Assembly: GCA_964615885.1 (NCBI GenBank)
Contig: CAZTRG010000296.1
Location: forward strand, 10,313-74,312
Direction of reading: 5' to 3'
Length of the DNA: 64,000 bases
From: an uncultured Planctomycetia bacterium
GTDB lineage: Bacteria > Planctomycetota > UBA8108
Under the pieces are notes generated by a model. The model was not told where the DNA came from, did not search any database, and saw only the letters and a list, made by a program, of their open reading frames with translations. Positions 19,082-28,767 of the stretch are shown here, piece after piece. How positions within the stretch are numbered: position 1 is the first letter of the stretch; each line of letters opens with the position of its first letter. Both the position numbers and the translations under genes were made by a program.

Positions 19082-20183
19082 CAGCCTCCTGCAACAGGAG
19101 CAGATCCTGTCTTATCGCCTCGTACCAACGCTGCCAGAAGCTGCCGCCTTTCTGAAAGGCTGCCTGCACTGCGTAGTACTGGAAATAATAATAATCAAAG
19201 GTGTAGCGAGCCTCTCCCCGAAGCGGACGCTCCCGCCAGATGTAGCGAAGCCCCTCGTTGATCTGAAAGGCATCGTATTCTCCTGCACTGTAAAGAGTCG
19301 TCACTCCTGCCGCCGTCAAGGCCGGGGTCCAGCGACTGTGAACCCCCCTGAACTCAAGGCCCAGCTGGTAGGTAAAAGCCCCGACCCCGGGGACGAAGCT
19401 CTTCTTGACATAGTTTACGGCCTTATCGATCGTCCCCGATGGGACCTCGATCCCTGCATTGCGGGCTGCACGAAGAGCCATCATCTGGCAAACCGTGATC
19501 GACATATCTGAATCCTGGGCACCTGGACGGTACCGCCAGCCGCCTTCCGGATTCTGGGCGTTGACAATCAACCTGATAGAGCTCTTCAGGGCCCGTTTCA
19601 TCCTGTCGGTATCACGATAGGAACCGGTTCCATAGGCTTCCGCCAGGAACAGGGTGGCGAAGGCGTGGCTGTACATCCGCGAGCCATTGGCACTGATAAA
19701 ACCATTGGCCGCAGATACCCGGCTGATCACATATTCGAGTGCTTTCTCAAGCACCTCGCAGAAGGTGACCTTTCTGCCGTTCTTCATGACATAGCCGGCA
19801 GAGCCCTGGCCCGGCAGAACGCCATGAGCCAGGAAGGCGATCCCGGCAAGACCGGTCACCCCCACATGTGGAGCGACGGTTCCCCGGTAGGTCATATGAA
19901 CCTTGCGACCGACCCTGTCGGTCCAGGAGCCATCGCGATTCTGGTTCAGGGCGAGAAATTTGAGCCCCTTTTCAATCGCCCCCGCGGTAGAAGCATGCAC
20001 TCCGCGAGCCAGCGGCCTGGGCTTCACTCGAGGGCTTGGCGGCTTCTTTTCCTGTGCGAAGGATAAGACCGGGAGCCCTGAAACCAGGCAGATCGCCACC
20101 AGCAGCGAGAAACGCACAAAAAGCGGCCTGGAGAAATAGTTGGGGGGTTCTTTTAACAGTTTTCCGCTGTCCATCGGGAACAT
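18981..20183 (-). CDS. Secreted prenyltransferase / squalene-hopene-cyclase-like (alpha/alpha-toroid) repeat protein
   Basis: Signal peptide. Repeats of the QW-like signature (AIEKGLKFLALNQNRDGSW; NAQNPEGGWRY; GGQWTD). Paralogous to the C-terminal domain of the 41270..42976 protein. Confidence 0.6.
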   Translation of the reverse strand: MFPMDSGKLLKEPPNYFSRPLFVRFSLLVAICLVSGLPVLSFAQEKKPPSPRVKPRPLARGVHASTAGAIEKGLKFLALNQNRDGSWTDRVGRKVHMTYRGTVAPHVGVTGLAGIAFLAHGVLPGQGSAGYVMKNGRKVTFCEVLEKALEYVISRVSAANGFISANGSRMYSHAFATLFLAEAYGTGSYRDTDRMKRALKSSIRLIVNAQNPEGGWRYRPGAQDSDMSITVCQMMALRAARNAGIEVPSGTIDKAVNYVKKSFVPGVGAFTYQLGLEFRGVHSRWTPALTAAGVTTLYSAGEYDAFQINEGLRYIWRERPLRGEARYTFDYYYFQYYAVQAAFQKGGSFWQRWYEAIRQDLLLLQEAGGQWTDLVGSNYATAMASIILQYPNQYLPITEN

Positions 20184-20291
20184 CCGGGCTGAGCCTGGGG
20201 CCTTGCTGTAACTACCTTGGGGATTTTACCGCCAATGATACGTAAAATCCTTTGAATAAAGGCTTTTGAGGCCCGGGGAGCGGCCTGAACG

Positions 20292-22838
20292 TCAAAATGT
20301 AGGGCCACCGAAGGCCGAGAGCCAGCTCTGGGAGGAAATGATAATCTGCCCACCGCCGATATGCGGACTGCCGACCTGGAAAAGCCGCCCCGCAACGGTC
20401 TCTCTCGAGAGTAACCGGAGGCGTTTTCTCAGGTCAAAACCAACTGTTTCAAGCTGTCCACGGCTGGCATAAAGCACACCGCTTGAGGTCAGCAATCCCC
20501 TCGCCTTGATAGAATCCGGCTCCCATACAAGCGGAGAACCAATCCGGGAAACCTGCGGCAGTCGCGTCAATCTGTCGATGGTCTCATCCGGCCCCGCGGC
20601 CTTCTTACTGCCGGCCGGAATCGAACGAGGCAAGCTGCCAGCCAGCTCTCCCTCGATGTTGAGCGAAGAGATATCGAGGGCGAAAATCCCATCCCTGCCT
20701 GAAAAATATAATCTTCCCTGGTGAGCTCCCAGGAGGTCACGAAGATCACCGGCAGAGTTGTCATAGGTCCAGAGGATCTGGCCTTCCCGGCTGGCGCCAC
20801 CCGGCCCGCACCCGGTATCGATCGCAAAGAGGTATTGTGAATCCCTCGGAGCCACAATCAGCACGTTGCCGATCAGCAGGGGAGAGTTGAGCCCCCAGTG
20901 GAGCTCTCTCATGCGGGGAAACCTCCCAATTGTCGGGGGCGGCTTAATATAATCATAAGCAGTCACCCACAGCACCCTCCCACTGCGGCTTTCGATCGCG
21001 GCCACGGCACCGAGATTCGAAAGATAGTAAAGGACTCCGTCCTTCTCAGTCAGGAAGGAGGCAAAAGGCTCCCTTCCCAGCTCGCCAAACATCGTCTGTT
21101 CCATCTGGGCAGAGGAGACGGACGCCTCCCAGACGGTCTTGCCGGTGCGCAGGTCGAGAGCCCGCACCAGGCTGTTGATGTAACCATCCTGCTTCCAGCC
21201 ACCGGCGAAAACGAGCCCATCTCGAACCAGTGCCGGAGAGGAATAGCTGATCTCTGCCGGGATCTCATTGGGGCCGTAGATATCCTGCTGCACCGCGTCA
21301 CGCAGGTCCTCGGTACGCCAGATGAGCTCTCCACTCTTGCGGGAAAATGCCGCCAGGGATCTCGTTGGAATGCTGACCGTGATGTCATACCCCATGTAAT
21401 GACGGCGCCTGGAGAACCCGGCGATGTAATGCGACAGCAGGAGCTCATCGGGCAGCTCCTGCAGACCGGAAAATCGATCCGCACCGGCAGCCCTGTCCCG
21501 GCCCCAGGTGGTTACGGTATAGAGCGCAGAGTCGCTCTGTTCGCGGTACCTTCCCTTTAACCCGGCGGGGGTCGGCTTGGGAATCTGCCGCAACAGCTTC
21601 CCGACTCCCGGACGTGCATCGATCTCGTAGATACTGTAGACGCCGGAAAGGAATACGGTATTGCGCTGTACAAGCGGAACAAAGGGGTAATCAATTCCAC
21701 GTGGCTGGAATATCTGCCCGCGAGCAAACCCACCGTTGAGCAGCGGGTCATAGTTATCTGCGATGGCCACCGTAGAGGCCCAGTCGAGGCTTTTCCAGGA
21801 TGCCTCCAGGGGACCACCCGGGAGATCGGGAAGTCCACCGGCACCCAGCCTGGGCGAAGCCGCCCCACCGGGAACCTCGCCTCCCCAGTAGCTTTCCTGG
21901 ACAGTGCCGGCCGGCAGCGGCAGCCCCCCCTGGAAATCAGCCTTTTCAAGCCTCTTTACAAGGTCCTCATAGCCTGCGAATGCATCTTCTCCTGCTGCCC
22001 GGGAGAACCCGGCATAGCGCTTCTTTTCATGGCTGAAAAGTTTCGATCTTCCACCGTGCCTGAGGCAGGTCAGCGCCTTTTCCACCAGCCGGCTGATCGA
22101 TTTCGAGGCTGGTTCTTCCCTGGCCGAATCTTCCAGGACAGCCCTGTATCCGACCCAGGCCTTATCGTAAAAGCCGGCCTCAAAATCCAGGTCAGCCTTT
22201 AATTCACGGGCAAAAAATCCCGGCTCGGTAAGGGAGTAAAGCCTGCAGACATCATCGAGGACAGCCCTGTCCCCCTCCTGCCGGTAGCGCTGAAGAAGCT
22301 GGCTGGCAGCCTCCGTATAGAGCTTGCGGTAGGTGCCGCGCGCCTGGGCGGGAAGCATGCCCAGGACGATCCTGGCAGCCCGGCCGGCCTCGACATACCG
22401 CCCCCATTCCCTGTTAACCTGGGCAGCTTCCTCGAACCTCTGAACCCGGGGCCTGGGAAGCTGGCCGGGCCGGATAATGACCGGGCCACGGGATGGGCGA
22501 GCCGGAGGTGGTTTGAGGACCTGCTTGCGGGAAGGAGAGGCCAGCAGCGCCCGGAGACGGCCAAGATCTCCTACCGATACCGGCAGACGCACCATCCCCC
22601 CCTTCTGAGAGCTGATAAGACCCTGGAGGATTCGAACACCGGTGGAGTGATCATTCCGGCCGACTGCATCCAGTGCCTCCAGAAGCTTCGACTCCCACTC
22701 TCCCCCGGCCCCGGCCACCAGGACCTGCTCACGAGCCGGCAAGGCCAGCTGGCAACTCACCAGGAGTGTGAGGGAAACTGCAAACACCCACCGGTAGCGC
22801 GGCGAGGTTATTTTTCCGGGGCTTTGTGCAAACACCAT
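20292..22838 (-). CDS. Secreted PQQ-like (BamB-type) beta-propeller repeat protein, 848 aa
   Basis: Signal peptide (VFAVSLTLLVSCQLALPA). Recurrent A-x-D-x-x-T/S-G-x-x-L/VW repeats (LVRALDLRTGKTVWEA; VAAIESRSGRVLWVT; LFAIDTGCGPG...ILWTY). Confidence 0.55.
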   Translation of the reverse strand: MVFAQSPGKITSPRYRWVFAVSLTLLVSCQLALPAREQVLVAGAGGEWESKLLEALDAVGRNDHSTGVRILQGLISSQKGGMVRLPVSVGDLGRLRALLASPSRKQVLKPPPARPSRGPVIIRPGQLPRPRVQRFEEAAQVNREWGRYVEAGRAARIVLGMLPAQARGTYRKLYTEAASQLLQRYRQEGDRAVLDDVCRLYSLTEPGFFARELKADLDFEAGFYDKAWVGYRAVLEDSAREEPASKSISRLVEKALTCLRHGGRSKLFSHEKKRYAGFSRAAGEDAFAGYEDLVKRLEKADFQGGLPLPAGTVQESYWGGEVPGGAASPRLGAGGLPDLPGGPLEASWKSLDWASTVAIADNYDPLLNGGFARGQIFQPRGIDYPFVPLVQRNTVFLSGVYSIYEIDARPGVGKLLRQIPKPTPAGLKGRYREQSDSALYTVTTWGRDRAAGADRFSGLQELPDELLLSHYIAGFSRRRHYMGYDITVSIPTRSLAAFSRKSGELIWRTEDLRDAVQQDIYGPNEIPAEISYSSPALVRDGLVFAGGWKQDGYINSLVRALDLRTGKTVWEASVSSAQMEQTMFGELGREPFASFLTEKDGVLYYLSNLGAVAAIESRSGRVLWVTAYDYIKPPPTIGRFPRMRELHWGLNSPLLIGNVLIVAPRDSQYLFAIDTGCGPGGASREGQILWTYDNSAGDLRDLLGAHQGRLYFSGRDGIFALDISSLNIEGELAGSLPRSIPAGSKKAAGPDETIDRLTRLPQVSRIGSPLVWEPDSIKARGLLTSSGVLYASRGQLETVGFDLRKRLRLLSRETVAGRLFQVGSPHIGGGQIIISSQSWLSAFGGPTF

Positions 22839-22931
22839 CTCGTACTGCCTGCTAATGAATGACTTCCGCTGAAACTATCTTATCTTCCTCTCGGGCACTT
22901 CGCCCACATTACTTTAGCCGGGGCCGGTTGC

Positions 22932-25469
22932 TCAAACCAGGCGTACCGCCTTGCGCAGTATCCACTCCATTGCGAGAATCGAGACAATCAGCACCACGAC
23001 CCACCACTCATCCCAGAGGTTTTGAGCCTTCGGTGTACGTTCGCTTGTGTGGGTAATTCCCTGCACCTTCTCAACAGCCTTCATGATATCGGGGAAATCA
23101 AAGTAGGCGCCGCCGGACAATTCAGCAACCTGCTTGCCGAGGGTCCTGTTGAGGCGGGTATCACGGGCTTCCAGGGCAGGAACCTCCACCGTGTAGGAGG
23201 TGAATGCAGAGCGCTCCTGGGGCGTACCAAGCCAGATATCGTGCCGCCCCCTGGTACCGGCTGAAATACTTCCCCGGTAGATCCCCTGGCCCTGGAGGTG
23301 CAGAGCCAGCTCGATCTCCTGGACGCTCTCTTCGGATTCTCCCTGCACCTGGTGGTAAACCGAGATGGTTTCGTCCTCGGAAGGATTCATGTTCGCATCA
23401 TAAACCTGGGCCTCTACGCCCACGCTCTCTCCGATACTGTAGACCTCCTTGTCAGAGGTGATCGTGAAACGCGGGGTTTTTCCAAGCAGCCTCCCCGCAG
23501 CAACGAAGCGGCAGACCTGGCCCCAGAACCTGTAGAAGTGGAGGTTGTCCACTCCTGCGCGCCAGCGCCAGGTGTTGTCAACAGCACTGAAGAAGGTCCT
23601 GCCCTTTCCGTAATTCATGAAGGCAAAAATAACCAGTGGCTTCGGGGGATTGCTCAGCGGCTGGGTCAGCTCAGGATGCTGGGCCAGCACCACCGCATTG
23701 CCCTTGGGCCGACCGGCCCTGGCGAACCAGAAAAACCCGGGCAGGTGATCGTAGAAACGCCCATCCTCGTTTTCCCAGAGCTGAAGGTTCCGCTCCGGGT
23801 CGTTGTCGAGCCTCATCACAGGATGCTCGCGGCCCACAGCACTCAGCTTGACGTTGAAAGACTTTGTCACCGGGGAATCAAAATCGTTCAGGGTACCTGC
23901 CTCGCTCACCTGGACAGGAAGAAGGGTGTAGAGATCAGAAGAACGCGGATAGCGCGATGGGTTATGGTGCGGGCCGCTGAGAAAGACCACTCCTCCCCCT
24001 GCTGCAACAAACTCCTTGAGCAATTCAAGCCGGGCAAGACCAAGGTGACGCTCAGGGTCGACATCTCCGAGGATGATCACGTGGTATTTAAAGAGCTCAT
24101 CCCGCTGGGATGGGAAGGCGTTCAGCGCAGGCACCCCGGGGGAAGAATCCTGGGTAAACTCCGGATCCGCAGAGAAAAGAAAGATCTGGGTCTCCATCGT
24201 CTTGTCCCGGATCAGGGCATTCTTGAGGTAGCGATACTCCCAGCGGGGAAGGTACTCGGCGTAGAGCACCTTGATCTTCTGGTCCAGCACAGTGATGTTG
24301 CGGGAGAGGGAGGTGTTGTCAGAGAAGACCTCCCCTCCCTGGAACTCCACCTCGACAGTGGCTGTCATCTTTCCGGGTTTTTTCGGGTGGTGAATGAAGC
24401 GGAGTCCCTGGCGTTTCCCCCCACCCTCCAGCACGATGTACTGGGTGTCGACAATAACGGAATCGATACGCAGGTCCACCCGCACTCGCTCTCCCTCGAA
24501 ACCATCGGCCACCACCGACACATCCAGGGGGACATCATCATCGACAAGAACGACATCATTCACATCCACATTGGTAACCCGGATATCCTTCGGCTCATCC
24601 GGGTTGCCGACCCCTACCGCGAAAACAGGGATCTTGCGTTCTCCCAGTCCCCTGGCAAATTCCGTAAGCGAAATCGTATCAGCATTCTGCTGGAAATCGC
24701 TCAGCATGATCACGCCGGAAACCTCCTCGCGGCGCTTGCCGAAGCCGAGCCCCAGGACACCGGAAACCGCGTCCCTGAGTCCCTCGGCTACCTTGGTCTC
24801 CTGCACCCGCTGGTCCCCCCGAACCTTTGAATAGGCAGGCAGGATCTCATCTGCCTCTTCTGTATCTTCTCCTCCTGCCTCCTCGGAGCCTTCGGTGGCG
24901 GAAGAATCATCACCGGCCCCGAGCTTCGAGTAGGTCTTCAGGCTGTTGACCGACCCGCTGAAAGTGTAAACCGCCAGCTTGGCTTTCTTTCTCAGCTTAT
25001 CTATAAAGCCGATCTCCTGGTCCCGCACCAGCCTTCGGACAAGATCATAACGGGTCATCTCTTCACCCGCCGCAGGCCCCAAAAGCTCGGCGATCGCTTC
25101 AGAGATCTCAGGCTGGGAATACTTGTCTCGAATGTCCTGGCTGAGGGAATCGTCCACCAGCAGAACGAGGGTGCTGTCGGTGGTCTCGTAGGTTTTCTTC
25201 TGTCGCACCGGCTGGGCGATCATCAGCAGTGCCAGCACCAGCACCAGGAACCGCAAGGCCCCAAGGGTCCAGCGCCAGCGCGGATTGCCTACCGGCTTTT
25301 CGCGCTTGTAGAAGAAGGTAACCCAGCCGACCACCAGGGGAAGAATGACAAGGACCACAACCCATGGCTCGGGCATCTCGAGCCAGCGAATCTTTTCCTC
25401 TGTCACGAGTCCGGGCTGTGCCCCGGCCTGCGCGAAACAGCCAGGCGTAAAAAAAGCTGTCGGCATCAA
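22932..25469 (-). CDS. BatA-like protein: N-terminal double-TM aerotolerance-regulator domain plus VWA domain, and a long C-terminal region with a terminal TM
   Basis: PWVVVLVILPLVVGW...LRFLVLVLALLMIAQP TM pair. MIDAS motif LVLLVDDSLSQDI (DxSxS). The likely true start is the internal Met at ~25376 (MPEPWVVV); the ORF as listed overlaps the upstream gene by ATGA. Confidence 0.7.
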   Translation of the reverse strand: MMPTAFFTPGCFAQAGAQPGLVTEEKIRWLEMPEPWVVVLVILPLVVGWVTFFYKREKPVGNPRWRWTLGALRFLVLVLALLMIAQPVRQKKTYETTDSTLVLLVDDSLSQDIRDKYSQPEISEAIAELLGPAAGEEMTRYDLVRRLVRDQEIGFIDKLRKKAKLAVYTFSGSVNSLKTYSKLGAGDDSSATEGSEEAGGEDTEEADEILPAYSKVRGDQRVQETKVAEGLRDAVSGVLGLGFGKRREEVSGVIMLSDFQQNADTISLTEFARGLGERKIPVFAVGVGNPDEPKDIRVTNVDVNDVVLVDDDVPLDVSVVADGFEGERVRVDLRIDSVIVDTQYIVLEGGGKRQGLRFIHHPKKPGKMTATVEVEFQGGEVFSDNTSLSRNITVLDQKIKVLYAEYLPRWEYRYLKNALIRDKTMETQIFLFSADPEFTQDSSPGVPALNAFPSQRDELFKYHVIILGDVDPERHLGLARLELLKEFVAAGGGVVFLSGPHHNPSRYPRSSDLYTLLPVQVSEAGTLNDFDSPVTKSFNVKLSAVGREHPVMRLDNDPERNLQLWENEDGRFYDHLPGFFWFARAGRPKGNAVVLAQHPELTQPLSNPPKPLVIFAFMNYGKGRTFFSAVDNTWRWRAGVDNLHFYRFWGQVCRFVAAGRLLGKTPRFTITSDKEVYSIGESVGVEAQVYDANMNPSEDETISVYHQVQGESEESVQEIELALHLQGQGIYRGSISAGTRGRHDIWLGTPQERSAFTSYTVEVPALEARDTRLNRTLGKQVAELSGGAYFDFPDIMKAVEKVQGITHTSERTPKAQNLWDEWWVVVLIVSILAMEWILRKAVRLV

Positions 25470-27790
25470 CCTGCCCTCCTGCCGAAAAACTGGGCAAGCG
25501 CCGTCTCGAGCAACAGGAGTGCAATCACCGCCGCCAGGCAGTGCTTCCAGAACTCGCGGCCAAGCAATTGCTTCTGCTCTTGCCGCCGGCTTTCCACCTT
25601 CTCTGAATAATCGAGGAACTGTTCAGGCTGCACCTCAAAGTGGGTCCCCAGCTCCGAGTCGGCTATTCCACGGAGGTCGCTCTCATCGGTTGAAATATTG
25701 ACGCTGAAATACTCAACGGAGTTGGACTTCGCAGCATCCCCTGGCGGGACATCACTGCCTTCAAGGCTGCGGTTCAGATCCAGCCTGTAGAGCCCCGGGA
25801 TATCTGTCTGGCCATAGGTGATGGAAAATCTCCCGGGGTCGTCAAGTTCGCGCATCGGAGTGCGGGCAGTACGCCCCCCGGGGAGGCTTCTCCCTGGAAT
25901 CGGTGGCGCGCGGAGCATGACCTCCAGAGCGAATTCAGAGCCATCGTAAAACCTCTGAAATTCATCGCCGATCCCCAGGTTGTCATTCAGGGTGCGAAAG
26001 CCAACCAGGTAGGCTATCGATTCATAGAGGAACACCACGTAATCCTGCCAGGCAGGAAACTCGTTCCAGTCATCATCTGCAGATGAGGTGAACCACATGA
26101 CCCGCCCACGGCCGTAGGAGTTGTCAAAGACAGCAGGGCTCCTGTCAAGATCGTTGTAGCGGCAGAAGATCCGGGCGCCGGTCTCCTCCTTCGGCACTGC
26201 AAGCTTCATGAAACGGTAGAAGGGAACCAGGGCCCTGTGCAGCTCGGTGCGTTCCTTGTGCTGGGCAAAATAATCAGCCACGGGGTGAGAGCTGTCTGAA
26301 AACTGCAGGTACACAGGGCTGAGGCTGTCCCCGCGCTGCTCAACCACCTCGAAGGGCAGAAGGCTCTTGGGGCCAGGGGTGTAAAAGAGACTGTTGTAAA
26401 CCTGGGGGTCGACATTATCCCCCATGAACACAACCAGGAACCCGCCCTCGTCAACATAGCGTTGCAGGGTGGCAAGCTCGGCAGGGGCGATGGATTCCAG
26501 GTTCGCCAGGACCACCATGGAATACCTTTTCCATTCCATATCACGGACAAGGTCTGCAGACAGGTTGACCGGCTGAAAGGGTGTAATCCGGCCACCGAGA
26601 ACAGCCAGGGCATCATCCCTCGGCTGCAGCGCCGTCTGCAGGTAGAAGGTCTCGGTCTCGAGTGGATCGACCGCCGGGTCACCATCCACCAGCAGGACCT
26701 CTATTTCATCACGCACCTCGACAGCGAGGAAGCGCTTGTTGTCGATCACAAGGCCATCGGTACGCACCTCGGCAACAACTGTATGGTAGCCGGGTTCATC
26801 AAAACGATAGGGAAGGCTGCGGGTGACCGTACCCCCGGCAGGAATCCTCAGGATCTCTCCCTCCCCGGCTTCCCCACTCTCCGCTCCCATGGCCGGATCG
26901 ACCTGGATAGTAAAAACAAGGCCATCGGCCTCCTTGTCCCCGTAGTTCCTGAGCGTCACCTGGATCTCAACTGTTACTCCCTTTGAGAAGAGATCAGGCT
27001 TTACCGCCAGGCTGGTAACGGCCACGTTGGGCCGGTTGCTCTCCGATGCTCCAATTCGTGAAAACACGACATCGTGCCCATCCTGCTTGAGCTCCTTGAG
27101 CAGCTGCTTGAGCTCCGGAGAGCGTGGACCTTCATCTCCCAGCCAGTCCTTTCGCTGCAGGTCGCTCAGCAGGACGATCCTGCAGGGTTCAACAGGGCCT
27201 CCATCGGAAGCTACGAACTGCTCGCTGAGGTCCTTGATGGAGCGCAGCGAGGTCACCAGGCGCAGCCCCCTGCTGGTACCGGTCAAACGGCCAAGCTCCG
27301 CCTCCAGCAGGGCCCGGTTGGTGCTGTTCATCTGCTTTCGCTCAAGCACCACCGCCGGCACATGCCCAAGCGTCATCACTGCCACATAGGCATCTTCCTC
27401 CACATAGGTACCCACCACGTCCAGGATCGTCTGCTTCGCACTCTCAAGCAGGCTCGACCCTCCATCGACGTAGTCCATGCTGAAGGATGTATCGACCGCA
27501 AAGATCCAGTTCTTGTTGCCGGCAACAGTGCTCGAGGCGGTGTCAGACAGCATGCGGGGACGCGACACCGCCAGGGCCAGCAGAAGCACAATCAGGCACC
27601 GGATCAACAAGAGCAGGAGGTTCTGTACCTGCAGCCGGCGGCGGCTCTTTTTGAGCGCCTTCAGCAGGAACTCCATGGCAGCCCATTTGCGGCGTCGATA
27701 GCGCTGGCGGTTGATCAGGTAGATGAGGATCGGGACACCAACGAGGGCGCCTAGCCAGAGCAGGAGGGGATTGACAAAAAAACTGCTCAC
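25466..27790 (-). CDS. BatA-like protein: N-terminal double-TM domain plus VWA domain, 774 aa
   Basis: PLLLWLGALVGVPILIYLI...LLLLLIRCLIVLLLALAVSRP. MIDAS motif IFAVDTSFSMD. ATGA overlap with the upstream DUF58 gene. Confidence 0.7.
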   Translation of the reverse strand: MSSFFVNPLLLWLGALVGVPILIYLINRQRYRRRKWAAMEFLLKALKKSRRRLQVQNLLLLLIRCLIVLLLALAVSRPRMLSDTASSTVAGNKNWIFAVDTSFSMDYVDGGSSLLESAKQTILDVVGTYVEEDAYVAVMTLGHVPAVVLERKQMNSTNRALLEAELGRLTGTSRGLRLVTSLRSIKDLSEQFVASDGGPVEPCRIVLLSDLQRKDWLGDEGPRSPELKQLLKELKQDGHDVVFSRIGASESNRPNVAVTSLAVKPDLFSKGVTVEIQVTLRNYGDKEADGLVFTIQVDPAMGAESGEAGEGEILRIPAGGTVTRSLPYRFDEPGYHTVVAEVRTDGLVIDNKRFLAVEVRDEIEVLLVDGDPAVDPLETETFYLQTALQPRDDALAVLGGRITPFQPVNLSADLVRDMEWKRYSMVVLANLESIAPAELATLQRYVDEGGFLVVFMGDNVDPQVYNSLFYTPGPKSLLPFEVVEQRGDSLSPVYLQFSDSSHPVADYFAQHKERTELHRALVPFYRFMKLAVPKEETGARIFCRYNDLDRSPAVFDNSYGRGRVMWFTSSADDDWNEFPAWQDYVVFLYESIAYLVGFRTLNDNLGIGDEFQRFYDGSEFALEVMLRAPPIPGRSLPGGRTARTPMRELDDPGRFSITYGQTDIPGLYRLDLNRSLEGSDVPPGDAAKSNSVEYFSVNISTDESDLRGIADSELGTHFEVQPEQFLDYSEKVESRRQEQKQLLGREFWKHCLAAVIALLLLETALAQFFGRRAG

Positions 27791-28692
27791 CGCCTTAGAC
27801 TCCCTGCTCGCTTGGCCAGGTAGGTAGAGAGCGCCACATCAAGCGGGTCACTCGTGTCAAGAGCCACGTAATCAAATCGATTATTCCGGCAGGCCCTTCG
27901 CAGGCGGCTGAGGAACTTCTCCAGCTCCTCGAGATAGGCCTCCTTGAGCAGGCGGGGATTGGCCAGGACCTCCTCCATTCCTTCCAGCCCCTCAAACATG
28001 GTCATATTCTGAAAGGGAAAGGTCCTCTCATCGGTGTCGAGCAGGTGAAAGAGGATCACCTCGTGGTTGCAGTAGCGCAGGTGCTTCAGCCCCCGCTCGA
28101 TGTGCTCGATATCATCCAGCATGTCTGAGATGATGACGACCAGGCCCCGGCGGTGAATCCTGCCGGCAAACTCGTGCAGGATAACACCGAGATCGGTCTT
28201 TTCCTTCAAGCCGGGATTCTCAGCCAGCTCCAGGAGGGTCTTGAGATGAGATCCTGTCGAGCGGGCCCCCACCATGTCGCAGACCTTCTCATCAAAAAGA
28301 GCGAGCCCGACGGCATCCTGCTGTTGCAGAAGCAGGTAGGAGAGCGAGGCTGCCACCATCACGCCGTAGTCAAACTTGCTGACCCCATCGGATCCGTAGC
28401 TCATGGACTCCGAGGAATCCAGGAGTATGTGAGTACTGAGGTTGGTCTCTTCCTCGTACTGCTTGATGTAAAAGCGGTCGGAGCGTCCGAAGACCTTCCA
28501 GTCAATATGACGGACATCATCACCGGGAACGTATTCACGGTGTTCAGCAAACTCGATACTGAAGCCGTGGTACGGACTCCGGTGGAGGCCGGAAATAAAC
28601 CCCTCCACAATCAACCGGGCCTTGATCTCCAGGCGTGATATGCCGTTCAGGACCTTGGGATCGAGGTACTTGGAAGGCGATTCAGCAGCCAA
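27787..28692 (-). CDS. DUF58 (VWA-like) protein, the usual partner of MoxR ATPases
   Basis: Characteristic motifs HRSPYHGFSIEFAEHREYVPGDDVRHIDWKVFGRSDRFYIKQYEEE and HILLDSSESMSYG. Located immediately downstream of moxR. Confidence 0.85.
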   Translation of the reverse strand: MAAESPSKYLDPKVLNGISRLEIKARLIVEGFISGLHRSPYHGFSIEFAEHREYVPGDDVRHIDWKVFGRSDRFYIKQYEEETNLSTHILLDSSESMSYGSDGVSKFDYGVMVAASLSYLLLQQQDAVGLALFDEKVCDMVGARSTGSHLKTLLELAENPGLKEKTDLGVILHEFAGRIHRRGLVVIISDMLDDIEHIERGLKHLRYCNHEVILFHLLDTDERTFPFQNMTMFEGLEGMEEVLANPRLLKEAYLEELEKFLSRLRRACRNNRFDYVALDTSDPLDVALSTYLAKRAGSLRR

Positions 28693-28767
28693 TCATCTCT
28701 CCCTGAAAACTCTCAACCGATGAAATTAAAGTACAGGACAAAGGCAATGCCCGCCCGCAGTTCTCCA

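Noticed and set aside
23298-24830. 510-aa plus-strand ORF
   Set aside because: Antisense to the 845-aa BatA-like VWA gene. No domain signature. GC-driven open frame.
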